Source: the human T2T-CHM13v2.0 reference genome, Homo sapiens. From it: a stretch of DNA of 64,000 nucleotides. This document shows, piece by piece, positions 13,401-35,697 of the stretch. The translations under genes and the position numbers were made by a program. The stretch is from assembly GCF_009914755.1 (NCBI RefSeq), contig NC_060941.1. One strand, written 5' to 3'. The notes beneath the pieces were generated by a model that was not told the DNA's origin, did no database searches, and saw only the letters and a program-made list of their open reading frames with translations. Numbering within the stretch: the stretch's first letter is position 1; each line of letters begins with the position of its first letter.

Positions 13401-13700
13401 AGGAAGCCTGTGGTTTGTAATTGGTGTTCTAGCTCTGACTCCCTCCCCTGGGACTGCAATCACGCTCTCTACCTGCTGACAAAGTGAGGGTGGAGCTGCT
13501 AGAGGCAACCACTCCCCACCCTGCCCCCCTCCTCCTGGTGCTCACACACAACACTTACTTAACCAGACCCGTTCTTTCGCTCTCCCCCCTCCCTCAGCTC
13601 CTCTACTCCCTCTACTGAGCCACAGCTAAACTGCATCCAATTCGATCCCGAGTACCTTTCTCTGGGTAAGCAAGCTACCACATGCAAATCAGGGCCACTC
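13400..13700 (-). promoter_or_regulatory. RNF43: Putative RNF43 promoter (CpG-poor, C-rich KLF/SP-type boxes, octamer)
   Basis: CCCCACCC and CCCTCCCC tracts at 13440-13610; ATGCAAAT at 13682-13689; position between exon 1 and the HSF5 3' end. Confidence 0.45.
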
Positions 13701-14726
13701 AAAGATATCTAAGCAGACTCTGCACCCAACAGAGCATAGATGATGGTATGAGGAAATAAACAGAAAAAAATAAAGGTAATCCGGAAGATAAAAGAATGGA
13801 CACAAGGTTTTGCAAATATAAGTTCAAAAGGATTTCTGCTCATTCCAAGTTTGAGTGTCTATAAATGGCAGAAAGCCAGAATAAAGTGATCCTGTGTTTT
13901 AGTACTTACTGATTTATTGCTGCTTATGTCTGCTACCCTGGGAAGGGCTCTGTCCATTTTATGCTTAGCTTTTCTTCAGCTCTTACTAATTTAAATTCAG
14001 TAGCTCTGTCTAAACTGTGCCTATATGGAACTTTCAAATCAGGTTGATGTCAGATGTCTGGAATCCAACTGTTATTTTCTTTTCAATCTTTGGGAGGTGA
14101 AATAATACTATGGATCAGACCTATGCCTTCAATGTAAGACTCCAAATAAGTCCATGTCATAAATACAAGCCAAAGGGTAAAATATGATTAATGAGAAGAA
14201 CATAGGCAAAAAGAAAATGAATTTCTGGCTAATTACCACATTCATGAACTATAATCCTTATTACTACCCTGCCATTAGAAATAATACAACAGTTTCTAAT
14301 ACATTTATAACATTTGAAGTTTCAAATTACCAGATTATATTTGACTGTGGTGAGACATTTTATTTCTGAACCGCTGCCATAAACTTTCAAAATTATACAA
14401 ATGAACAACAATGTGGATATAGTTAAATCTAGTGAACTGTACACTTAAAAATGGTTATGATAGTAAATTTTATGTGTTTCTTACCTCATGTAAAAACGAA
14501 TCTCTGATCATCTGTAAAATGCTGATGATAATAATTACGATAGGTCTGTTGTAAAGATTAAATGACATAATGCCTCTGAAAGCAAAAAGGATGAGTAGCC
14601 TATTGACCTTCAACATTGTTTCCCCTGTAGATAAGGTTTATGACAGTAGTTTCAGAATTTCAGATCTAATAACTAACCTAGATCAAAGACAAATTCGAAA
14701 ATAAATTTTTTGTTTATTTTTGTTGT

Positions 14727-15295
14727 TTGAGACAGGGTCTTGTGTTACCCACGCTGGAGCACAGTTGTGCCATCATGGCTCACTGCAGCCTTGACCTTCA
14801 TGGCCTCCCACCTCAGCCTCCAGAGTAGCTGGGATCACAGGTGCGTCCCACCACACCCTGCAAATTTTTTTTTTTTTTTTTTTGAGACGGAGTCCCGCTC
14901 TGTTGCCCAGGCTGGAGTGCAGTGGCGCTATCTCGGCTCACTGCAAGCTCCGCCTCCCGGTTCATGCCATTCTCCTGCCTCAGCCTCCCGAGTAGCTGGG
15001 ATTACAGGTGCCCGCCACCACGCCCAGCTAATTTTTTGTATTTTTAGTAGAGACGGGGTTTCACCGTGTTAGCCAGGATGGTCTCCATCTCCTGACCTTG
15101 TGATCCACCCGCCTCGGTCTCCCAAAGTGCTGGGATTACAGGCGTGAGCCACTGCGCCTGGCCAACACCCTGCAAATTTAAAAAAAATTTTTGTTGGGCC
15201 AGGCGTGGTGACTCACGCCTATAATCCCAGCACTTTGGTTGACCAAGGTGGGTGGATCACGAGGTCGGGAATTTGAGACCAGCCTGACCAACATA
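14727..15295. mobile_element. Minus-strand AluJ interrupted by an AluY (~14865-15163), followed by a truncated plus-strand Alu left arm (15197-15295)
   Basis: TSD ACACCCTGCAAATTT flanks the inner AluY. Confidence 0.85.
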
Positions 15296-16026
15296 GTTTA
15301 ATTTAACATAGTTAAACTAAAAAATAACCTACAAATGGGCTTTGCCTCATCTATTCCTGCTTAAAACGTGCAAAGGAATGAAAAGACCTAGCCCTAGTAA
15401 TTAATACACACACTTAATTGACAGAAAGAAGACAGTTACAAATGTGGTTGCCCTCTCTTGAGGAAACTCTGAGATTTGGAAATGATGATGATATGCATCA
15501 TGAACCTGGAGACTTGGAGAAACTCAAGATCAAACCAAACAGCTCTATGTAGCTTAGTTCACTGTTTTAGATCACCAGAATTGCAAGAGCAATTATTCTT
15601 CAGCTTCAAAGTTTTGGAGTTACCCTCTAGGGTTGATATACTACTACATTTTCCTAGAGATGTCATAAAGATGCCATCACTATTGTAATGAAATGCCTAA
15701 GTCTCAATGACATCTACTAGCTAGTCTTATACATGAGATAGATCATCCTTCAGGATCTACTTTCACCTCTGGATTGATTAAATTTATCAAAGATCATTCA
15801 TCCTTTTCCAAAAATGTAGGTTTCTGTAAAACATGTCTAAGAATTGTCCTTATCCCTAACGGCATTTAAAAAATTCCATTGCTATTCAAGTACAAATGAA
15901 AAAAAACTTTTAAAATTCAGATTATTTGAAAAATAAAGTAAATCTCATTTGAATTATACTATTAACTGTCATAATTATTGAATTTTCTATTAATCACCAA
16001 ACAGTAAGAACAAGCAAGACAACAAG

Positions 16027-18219
16027 TCTAGTTGGAACACTCACTTTATTGTTGACTGATTGAAATTTATCAGTGCTTAAGGTGCTGAAATACTGAGGTA
16101 CTAGTCAGGAACCTTGTTAGTTGACTAGTTGTGTCAGACCCTACTGGCTAATTCACAGGAAGACTTTATTATACCTCTTGCCATTTTGCCCAAGTCATTA
16201 ATGACAGCTTTAGTTGATAGATACAAGGCGTGTAAGGATAGCAGGAGATCCAGCTCCTTGGTCTGCTGTATTCATATATAAAAATGTTTGGAAAGCTGAT
16301 TAAGGCATTTCATTAATTAAGCCTTAAAACAACTGAAACCAAATCTATGCCAAGGTTCCTGCTTGACATGTGTTCCTCAAAAGATATTATCTCAACATCT
16401 ATAAAGCTAAGAAAGCCATATTTAGGGGAAAATCTACACAGTATATTAGCTCTTCAACATGACAGAGAAAAAGCAAAGTTCCTTCATTTGGAAATTGGGT
16501 CTCCTCTTCACATACTCTGACAAAATATTATATAGTCTGGCCAAAAGATATAGGTGTCTTGATAATTTGCTCTTTTAAACCTTGCTAATAAAGATAAATA
16601 AATGCCCATCACATAGACATTAACTAGTCTAATCAGAGGGACCACACAGGTCGCTTTTCAGAACCTACTTTAATATCTAAACAGAGTCACTGCAGATCAA
16701 TACAGAGCTCACCCTTTTCCAGAAAAGTAGATCTCTGTAATATTTCTAGGGTTTGACATCATTGGGAAGGCACAATGCAGTATAAGAAATGAACTGTTAC
16801 ATCCACAACGGCTAGCATAGTACTATGTCATATCACCAAGTGCCTTTTTAATTAGTTTCATATTCCTAGGCTTTCCTTTCGTTTCTGCAGTGCTTAATAG
16901 GAGAACTGAAACAGAATCCAATAAGAAAGTTTTGGTCAATTGAAAGACTTTAAATCAGAAAGTTTCTTGCTGTCACTGGATAAGCAAGTAAGGGATTAAC
17001 CACAGAAACTGGACATCCAAGACATCCTTCTCTCCTAAAACACAGTCCCACAATCCTACTGCACAAATCTAGAATCCTGTAACAGGGATAAGAAAAAAAT
17101 GTTACCATCTATCCCATTATCCAAAATTCTCTCAGAAGCTTAAACCAGATTGAAACCATTCTTTAAAAATCAGAGGCATAGCTTCTACTAAATGGCTGCT
17201 AATCAGTTTTTTCCCAAATTTGCACACAATACCTTATATAGATGAGAATTTATACTTATTGAATGTAAAAATCTAAAATAAGAAAATAGTATATTAAATC
17301 TCTTAATGTTTTTGTTCACACATTGTACATTTTCCTTTCAAAATAAAAATACTACACATGCATCCTTTATCCTTCTATCCTGCAATAATAAAAATATAAA
17401 ACTTTAAAACCTTTAAATCTATCAGCATTTATAAATACAATTATATTAAACAAGTTAAATACTTTCTTTAAAGACATTTAAATAAGTGATATATTAATAA
17501 AATCTTTTTACCATTTATGATAATGTATCATTAAAATTAAAGAAAGATATGAAAATAGAAGAATGCTTCCATTAATATAAAAGAATCAGGGGCTGTTAAG
17601 TGTGATAGATGGTCCAAGTCCGGATGCCTTGCTCTTAAAACAGAATGCTGGGTTAGGAAGTAAGAGAATTTCCTGGTTAATCACTTAGAAAATTAGCTCT
17701 TCTCCAGAGTTTCTTCCCTGGAATTCCTGATGCATTTAGACCTGTGATGCTGGTGACCTCACATGCCTTTGTTTCTCACACAATCTCCTCTAAAAGGATC
17801 ACACTGTGACTTGAATCAGAGAGACTGAATTCCCCACTAAAGTTGTGCTGACTACAGTTTGAGTGGCAAGACAACAAATCAGCACACACACAGATTATTC
17901 TTAGTACCATAGATGGAGCAGTTTTTAGATGCTCCTTGACTATAACAGAAGGTCAGAACTTTTCATTTAAAAGGGATCTGGGCAGCCAAAAAACGTGGCT
18001 GCTAGATGTTCAGTAGTTTGTCAAGGCAGATAATCTGAACTGAACCACTGTAGTACATACAAATTCCCAATTCTCAATTAACAAAATTCTCAATTAACGA
18101 AACAAAAAATACTTTTTTTTCCTTAACAGAACTGAAAAAATCCCAACAGTTTGTCATGTGCAAGGCTAGTCTGCCTCCAGCTACAGCTAGTGCACAATGT
18201 CACATTTGTCATCCATTCC
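16027..18219 (-). other. HSF5: HSF5 3'UTR (~2.2 kb; 3' end approximate)
   Basis: Alu-free, AU-rich sequence between the TGA stop and the AATAAA. Confidence 0.7.
16045..16050 (-). terminator. HSF5: Probable HSF5 polyadenylation signal AATAAA (second candidate at 16165-16170)
   Basis: TTTATT on the + strand about 2.2 kb after the HSF5 stop, followed on the minus strand by a GT/T-rich downstream element (CTTGTTGTCTTGCTTGTTCTT). Confidence 0.65.
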
Positions 18220-18290
18220 TCACTCTTTTAATTCTTCCTCCTTTGGAAAGCGCTCCTGCTTGCAGGCCACGTCCACCAGCAGATGAAGAT
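18220..18290 (-). CDS. HSF5: HSF5 terminal coding exon (exon 6): (D)LHLLVDVACKQERFPKEEELKE*
   Basis: Acceptor CCTTTCTTTCTAG| at 18292-18291; 71 nt; phase 1 matches the preceding exon; TGA at 18222-18220. Too short for the ORF track. Confidence 0.92.
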
Positions 18291-18554
18291 CTAGAAAGAA
18301 AGGATAGTTTACTCCCTCTTAGCCTCTCTGTAGAGTTCTATAGACAAGTTTTCAGACAAGCAGAACAAGTTGTCTATGTCTCACCTGTAGAACTGGCTCT
18401 AAAATTGTATAGTCCCATCAGATTCTCAATTTCGGGATATTCCTGTAACTCTAAAGCACACTGATGCAGCCCAGTTGTAACCCAAAGAGACCAACAAATT
18501 TTAGTGTCCCTCCTTTTCAGTAGTATAGCCAAGACTCTTTTCACCTCAGTTGCC

Positions 18555-18854
18555 TTTTTTTTTTTTTTTTTGAGACGGAGTTTTGCTCTTATCGTCCAGG
18601 CTGGAGTACGGCGGCACAATCTCGGCTCGCTGCAACCTCTGCCTCCTGGGTTCAACTGATTATCCTGCCTCAGCCTCCCAAGTAGCTAGGATTACAGGCA
18701 TGCACCACCACGCACGGCTAATTTTTATATTTTTAGTGGAGACGGGGTTTCAGCATGTTGGCCAGGCTGGTCTCGAACTCCTAACCTCAAGTGATCCACA
18801 CACCTTGGCCTCCCAAAGTGCTGGGATGACAGGCGTGAGCCACGGTGCCTGGCC
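18555..18854 (-). mobile_element. AluS-type element
   Basis: TSD TCA(G/A)TTGCCTTTT. Confidence 0.9.
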
Positions 18855-19342
18855 TTCAATTGCCTTTTATTGTAAGTGAAAAAGTAAGGAAAAGTGTCAA
18901 AGGGATCAAAGTGAATATACACATACAAATAAAAATTCATTTCCTTCATGCTGTAAGAGTAGGTGGGTGGGTTGTGGGAACATGAAAAGGCAATGCCTTC
19001 AGAAAAAACAATGTTAAAATAAGTAATCACCATTTTTCCAAAGTTGATTGACTCTATAAAATTCCCACTTATTGACTAACACAGCTGAATTCTTGTAAAA
19101 ACACCTAGCTGAACTGTCCATAAAAAAGAAAGCATGTCCTCACACAGTGGTTCATTAAGAATGAAAGAAGTAAAAATGCAAATTAGGTACTAGGTTCTGT
19201 AATACAAAAAAGCTAAGACCATGTGTAGAAGTTGAGCTAAAACGTCTATAGAGGAACACAGGCAGCAATAAAAGGATCTTAAAGTGGCTTCTAGCTTCAA
19301 GCTAATGTGCTTACAACTTCTAGAGCAACATGACCAGGGAGC

Positions 19343-19638
19343 TTTTTTTTTTTTTTTTTTTTTTTGAGACAGAGTCTCACACTGTCACCCGCGCTGAAGT
19401 GCAATCTCAGCTCATAGCAAACTCCGCCTCCCGGGTTCATGCGATTCTCCTGCCTCAGCCTCCCAAGTAGCTGGGATTACAGGCGCACACCACCATACCT
19501 GGCTAATTTTTTATATATTTAGTAGAGATGGGGTTTCACTATGTTGGCCAGACTGGTCTCAAACTCCTGACCTCGTGATCTGCCCGCCTCAGCCTCCCAA
19601 AGTGCTAGGATTACAGGCGTGAGCCACTGCGCCCGGCC
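19343..19638 (-). mobile_element. AluS-type element
   Basis: Alu consensus; TSD CAGGGAGC. Confidence 0.9.
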
Positions 19639-20039
19639 CAGGGAGCATTTTTAGGTTGGTTTTGAAGTTTACAACTTTGCTTTAGCATTTGTGAGTTAAA
19701 GTATACAGCACAAACCCTTTATTTCATTCTCAACATACAAAGACTTTTGTTGCTACATTTTTGGAACACAGCCTCTACAGGATTGATCCACAGCCCGAGC
19801 AGGATAGCTGATTCAAATAAAATGGAATTCTACTACCACTTGGTAGAAAATCTAGAAAGCATTTGAAATAGTACCTAATTTTTGTCATATTTTGTAAAAG
19901 ACAGACTAGTCACCAGGGGTAGGTGCTTACTCATCTGGTGAACTACAACCTAGCCATATAGAACAAGTAATTTATCCACATAAGTATTTTGTGGAAGGAG
20001 AGTTTATCAGTTTATCACTTAAAATGAGTTTCTCATACT

Positions 20040-21510
<1,471 letters not shown>

Positions 21511-21683
21511 GGCTTCTCTGAAGTTTAAGTAATAATGATAATAATGATAACAGTAATACATTTACATAACATCTCTTTTTCAAGTAGCTAAATGCATTGT
21601 GTCAAGGTCATGTAATTAATCCTGAGTAGTTAGTAGATAACTAGGAGGAAGAGCCTCTAAGCCATTTGGCTAATGAGTAAAGC

Positions 21684-21832
21684 CAATGGTTTCCAAACCT
21701 TGCTGCATATTGGAATCACCTGGGACTTTTTAAAAATTACTGATGCTTGGGGCCCCTCCCACCCTCAGACATTCTAATTTAATTTAATTGGTGTGGAATG
21801 CAACCTAGGCATCAGGATTTTTGAAAGCTGAC
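21684..21832. mobile_element. MER5A-like hAT-Charlie fragment
   Basis: CAATGGTTTCCAAACCTTGCTGCATATTGGAATCACCTGGG resembles the MER5A terminus. Confidence 0.6.
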
Positions 21833-22830
21833 CAAAAAGAATAACACCTAACTATGATCATTTTCTAAACCTATAGAGACATACCAGCTCCATAAAGGAC
21901 AGGCCATATGGTGGTAGAAAATACTAAAATAAGATTTTGGAATATGAATAGACCCAGTTGTAACCCTACTTTGAAAGCAGAGTAGTAATTATTGATAAGG
22001 ACAAAGGAAATGACTGTTAAAGCAACTACAGATCTCAAATGGGGAGGCAGACTGAAGAACAGTAGTAACAAACCCACTGAATTTTAATAATTGGGCTTTA
22101 AAGTAGCATTTGGCACACAGCTTCTAATAACAAGCATCTAAACATAATTTTATTAAAGCAAGCTTCCTTCATTAACAAAGTTGCCAATCAAGGAGCTAAG
22201 GAGTACAGAAATCAATAAAAATACAAAAAGACATAGACTAGCTTGGTGTTGCTAGAGGTTTATACGCCTTCACTCAAAAGATAAACTTGCATATTCATCA
22301 GAGAAGATAAGTATTTGGGAATCACAGGCTTGAGAGGTGAAAGGCCCCAAGAGACAAGAGCATTGCATCTACTTGTTTGGGAATGATCATTCCTACCAAG
22401 AGCATCCTCTAGGGTTTTGGGGCTATTACCTTAATAAAATCTCATCCATAATCCAATAGCTATAAAATGGGAAGTATTTTCTTCAGGAATGAATTGAACT
22501 TTGCTCTTAAACATTCAGTTTCCTTTGACTGTAAAACTAAACATCCTATCAGAGTGTAGTTCCCACAATGAGATTAATATTTGGGTACATTTGGTTTAGG
22601 GTAATACCATTGCAGAAATCAGAAGAGCATGATTCAGTCTAATATTCTTTACCTCTTGGTATTTTTTATTTAAAAGTTATTTCCTTAAGTCAGCATGTAC
22701 TCAAAAGAGCTACACAAAGCATGCCAGTGGCTGTAATGGATAACCTCCTCCCTAACAAAATACACATCACTGAAATCACTACAATTTGGACACCTAATCA
22801 ATTCGAAGTCTCTTATGAAAAAAAAATGTT

Positions 22831-23145
22831 GGCCAGGTGCGGTGGCTCACACCTAGAGTCCTAGCACTTTGGGAGGCTGAGGAGGGTAGATCGCTTGCAT
22901 CCAGAAGTTCGAGACCAGCCTAGGCAACATGGTGAAACCCTGTCTCTATAAAAAAATAAAAATAAATACAAAAATAAATTAGCTGAGTGTGGTGGCATGT
23001 GGCTATAGTCCCAGCTACTCAGGAGGCTGAGGCAGGAGGATAGCTTGAGCCCAGGAGGTCAAGGCTGCAGTGAGCTGATCACACCACTGCACTCAGACTA
23101 AGCAACAGAGACACTATCTCAAAATAAAACAAAATAAAAATAAAA
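22831..23145 (+). mobile_element. AluJ-type element
   Basis: Dimeric Alu with A-rich tail. Confidence 0.85.
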
Positions 23146-23715
23146 ATGTCAAATAAAGCTTCAAGTGTGAGAAGATGTCCCTTCTTACACAGGTTAAAGA
23201 AAATTTTAATTTAGTTTTTAAATTTTTATAATTTAGTTACGGAAGGGCACTGATAAGTTCTGCAATATAAGATGCTCCTGTTCAATGTGATATTGAGCAA
23301 CATAATGATATTCCAACAGTTAATGTCAGAATTATAGCATTTCAGAATTTGGGGGCCAAAGGAGTCTTTAGAGGAGGATTTCATGAGATTCTCTTATATT
23401 CATCATAAATAATGTATTTTAAGAGTTGGAACATTATTGATGAGAGATACTCTTAATGATAATGACAGATGAAATTTAAATGATATTTTAGAAATTTTTT
23501 ATTTGGTTCCTATCATTAATATTTTAACTTGAAATTTAGTATCTACCAAGATAAAAAACATTTGGTCATCTATGAGAACTAAACTGAATGCTATTCCATT
23601 TTGAGCTCTCCCCACAAGGGGTGCCTCCTCACTCTCCTAAGGGCTTCTCTGCCCATCAATGATCAGGGCTGCAAAAATATCAGAAGCTAAGAACAAGGAA
23701 CAAGAACATCTAATA

Positions 23716-24050
23716 CAAGGTTGGCAAAGTTTTTCCTGTAAAGAGTCAGATAATAAATATTTTAGGCTTTATGGCCCATATGGTCCCTATGGCAATTGAT
23801 CAATTCTGCTATTGTAGCACGACAGCAGTCAAAGACAACACATAAATGCACGGCTGTGACTGCATGTTCCAATAAAACTTTATGGACATTGAAATCTGAA
23901 TTTCACATAATTTTCATGTATCATGAAATATTCTTTTGATTTTTTCCTCCAACAATTAAAAAATGTAAAAACCATGCTTAGCATGTAGGCCATATAAAAA
24001 CTGTCAGCAAACCAGATTTGATCCACAGGGCTTAGTTTACTAACTCCTCT
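23716..24050. mobile_element. MER58B-like hAT-Charlie element
   Basis: GGTTGGCAAAGTTTTTCCTGTAAAG start and GTTTACTAACTCCT end. Confidence 0.65.
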
Positions 24051-24149
24051 TCTAATAGCACACGCTATGGGTACAATCAAGATAAATTTAAGGAAAACAG
24101 GAAAAAGATTTCATCAAGTTGAATATTGTTATTATAGTTCTCAAAACAA

Positions 24150-25760
<1,611 letters not shown>

Positions 25761-25841
25761 AGGTATATTTTCCTGTCAATTTGAAATGACCAGACAAAAA
25801 GAAGGGGAAAGCAGGAAATGGCTATAAATACAAAATTCATA

Positions 25842-27466
<1,625 letters not shown>

Positions 27467-28039
27467 CATACCAAAACATATCTTAGTTTTCAGTATCAGA
27501 GCATGGTAATGAGATATGGAATGGTGTCTTTTGTAAAACATACACAATTCTTGTTTCCAGCAGAAGAGAACTGTAGAAGACACCACTTGTGTAACCCTAT
27601 TGGACCTAGCACAGTACCAAGCCCAAGGCAGGCATTCAGTAAGTACTTGCTAAAAGAAACCTGAGGGTGGTTTGACTTCCCAAATATTCAAACCTTACCT
27701 CTTAGTGGTTAACTAAAAGACTGCTCATAGAGACAAAATGTAGACATAGACACAGACACAGAAAGTAGAATGGTGGCTACCAGCATTCAGGGGACAGTGG
27801 AAATGGAGACTTACTGTTTAATGGGTATAGAGTTTCAGTTTTGCAAGATGAAAAGAGTTCTGGAGAGAAATGGTGGTGATGGTAGCAGTGGCATTAACTG
27901 AACTGTACATTTTCAAATGGTTAAGATGGTAAATTTTATGAGCATTTATCACAATTTTTTAAAAGACTGCATTTTTCCATAAATTTTTAAAAAGTACATT
28001 AGTAAGATAAGAATGTATATGGAGAAAAAAAGCAACTCA

Positions 28040-31130
<3,091 letters not shown>

Positions 31131-31137
31131 AGACTAA

Positions 31138-31837
<700 letters not shown>

Positions 31838-33994
31838 CTACTTACTATGTAACCCAGCATAATACTAAGCCAGTTCTATGATTTATATCATTATAATCCA
31901 TATTCCTCATTTTGCAGATGAGGACACCAAAGCTCAGTTAGGTAAACACGTCCAAGGTCACACAGTAAAGAGCAGAATCCAGGTTTTAATGCAGGTTTTT
32001 CTAACACCAAAAGCTTTCTTTCTAACCATATGCTGTACTGTTTTTAATGAGCAGTATATTAATCTCACACATTGACTTTGGTTAAGGTCTCTTAATGCCA
32101 TGGGACCTTACATATAGCCATGTTTTCATAGACCAACTGCTAGGCCAAGGTCTATCAGAGCAGAATCATTTGCAACTTCATGAATTGTATTTCTGCCTAC
32201 ACTTTAATTAAAAAACTTTTTTTTTTTTTAGCAGAGAGGTTCTAGCTTAATCATAACTCATTTTCCTCTTGTCCATAATAAAATGAAAATGTGATTAGGT
32301 GTCATAATGATGCCAAGATTTCACAACTCTTATGTTTCACAGCAGGAAGCCAACATCAATTAAGACTCATCTATTAACTGCACTGACCAAAGGATAAGGC
32401 TTTACTTAGAAAAAAAAAACAACAGGAAGAGTTAATAAAGATAATTACTGTGCTAATTATTTTATCAGTTACACTTATAACCATAACATGTAGTGAAAGA
32501 GAGGAAATTATTTTTTTAACAGCAGGCACCAGAGTTCCTCTCAGGGAGGTAATTGTCTTTGTTGAGGAATATGTCTCGATAGATTGTTCTGGTTGGGAAA
32601 AATGACGCCTTAAAAACATCAAAAAATAGAAGAGATACCTAACCTTCTTTGCCTAAGTAAAACACAGGAATTCAGCACCTGGGGAAAGAGCAGAAAAAAA
32701 AAACCAACCATAACAACAACAACAACAGAAAGCAGAGAAACGAAGGTCTGGTGCTAGTACAAGGAAAGAAAGCAACATGGCAGAGGACCATATTGACTAG
32801 TGACAAGGAAAGATGCCGTAAAGTGACTGGGGGCCTTTTAATTCCATTTTTGCGGTATTCTAAATATTTCTGTCGGTATTTCTGCCTCCCGACATCTTCA
32901 TAAAAGTGTGCTACACATACACATGCCTAGCATAATGCTTAAAGGGAGGAAGAGGTCAAAGAAAGTGGGCCAAGTTCTGCATCTGGTATAGCATGGAACA
33001 GACAGATAAGAACAGCCCTGGGAGGTCAGATATGGACAAGTCTGGAATTACATTTAAGCAGAAACTCAAAAATAAAAGCTACTGTGAACCCTAGAAAGTC
33101 TCAGAAATCTTAGAAAGGCATTCTTGGTATAGGGTAAGTTTATCTTGAGTCAATCATATCTAAACCTCAAAAGTCAGTTTACTATCTGGGATATAAATAT
33201 TTTTTAAAAACACTCTGAAATTGTTCATTTCTATTACTTTAAGGCTTTTATATTCCTGCTATAGGAACACTTCAAGTATTTAAACTACTTTTAGTATTTT
33301 TAGATTTTTTAAAATTTGAAAAACATAGAAGAATACAGATGGTGAAAATTTCCCGTAATCCTATTATATATACATATACAAATTGAGAAGTTAAGCATAC
33401 CCCTGCACCCATACATTCTATCTTCTGAGAGATAACTAGTGTTATATTTATCAGCTATATCGTATATCTCCAGACTTTTTTCTATAATTTTACAGCATAT
33501 ACTTTCTTTTCTTTCTTTCTAGAAAGGGGGTTGTGCTAGACATATTGTGTTGCAACTTACCCATTTGCTGAACACATTATGAACACTTACTGTCTTTCCA
33601 GGTCACAACACATCAAGCTACTTCAGTTTCTTAAATGGTTGCACAGTATTTTATTATGTAGATGTCATAATGTATCTGGTTCCCCACTGTCAGGCATTTA
33701 TGCTTTTCTCAAATTTTTGCTATTATAAATAACACTATAGCAAACTTATTTTGAGTACCTTTGGGAATATACACATTTCTACAGGAGAGATTCCCAGGAG
33801 TAGAGTTCCTGAGTCAAAACTCATAAGCATTTTAGTTATCTATAAATAATGCCAATTGTCCTTTATAGGGCTATACGAATTTACATTCCAATTACAGCAT
33901 AGAGAAGGTTCCTTTTCTCTATACCTTTATCAAAGCTGGATATTATCAACAGTTAAAGTTTTGCCAATCAAATTGCCAAAAAAAAAAATAATTG

Positions 33995-34316
33995 GTTGAT
34001 TTTGGTCAGTGACAGACCATATAGATGATGATGATTCTGTAAGATTGTACTCTATTTTTACTGTACCATTTCTATGCTTAGCTATGTTTAGATACACAAA
34101 TACCACTGTATTACAATTGCTTACAATATTCAATACAGTAACATGCTGTAAGGGTTTGTAGCCTAGAAGCAATAGGCTATACTATACAGCCTAGGTATGT
34201 AGTAGGCAACATCATCTAGGTTTGTGTAAGTACAATTCACAATGTTTATAAAACAATAACATTAACTAATGACATAGTTCTCAGAATACATTCCTGTCAT
34301 TAAGGGATACATGATT
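33995..34316 (-). mobile_element. Tigger3/MER7-type DNA transposon fragment
   Basis: Reverse-complement similarity to 26675-27419 (TGTTTAGATACA..., TCTAGGTTTGTGTAA). Confidence 0.75.
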
Positions 34317-34704
34317 ATATGTGCTACTGGCTTTGCAGTCAGGCAGCACATGGTTAGGACACAGCAAGCTAGAATGTTGGTGATCTTTGTTATCCATGCC
34401 AACATATTTGGTAAAATCATTACCTGTGACACCATGGAAGTCAGACCACACATGCCAAGTGAACATACAACCATGGGGGAAAAGATTGACAAAAATCACA
34501 AGGTGTTGACTATTTCTTGACACATTCAGCAAAGCCCTAAAAGAAGAGATAAACTCAGGCTAGAGGTACCTAGTGTGCAAGCAGAGATGGAAGGGAATAT
34601 TTGACTGCCTGTGGTTGACAACTTATTGACTAGAGTTCAGTAACTGGGTCATGAATCCAACTGCTTCAATACCCCAACCTGAAGTTGCACTAAGAAGTGC
34701 CTTA

Positions 34705-35697
<993 letters not shown>

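Noticed and set aside
18069-18098. AATTCTCAATTAAC duplicated in the HSF5 3'UTR
   Set aside because: Probably a simple slippage duplication with no functional clue.
18156-18464. 102-aa plus-strand ORF
   Set aside because: It is antisense to the HSF5 terminal exon with no independent coding evidence.
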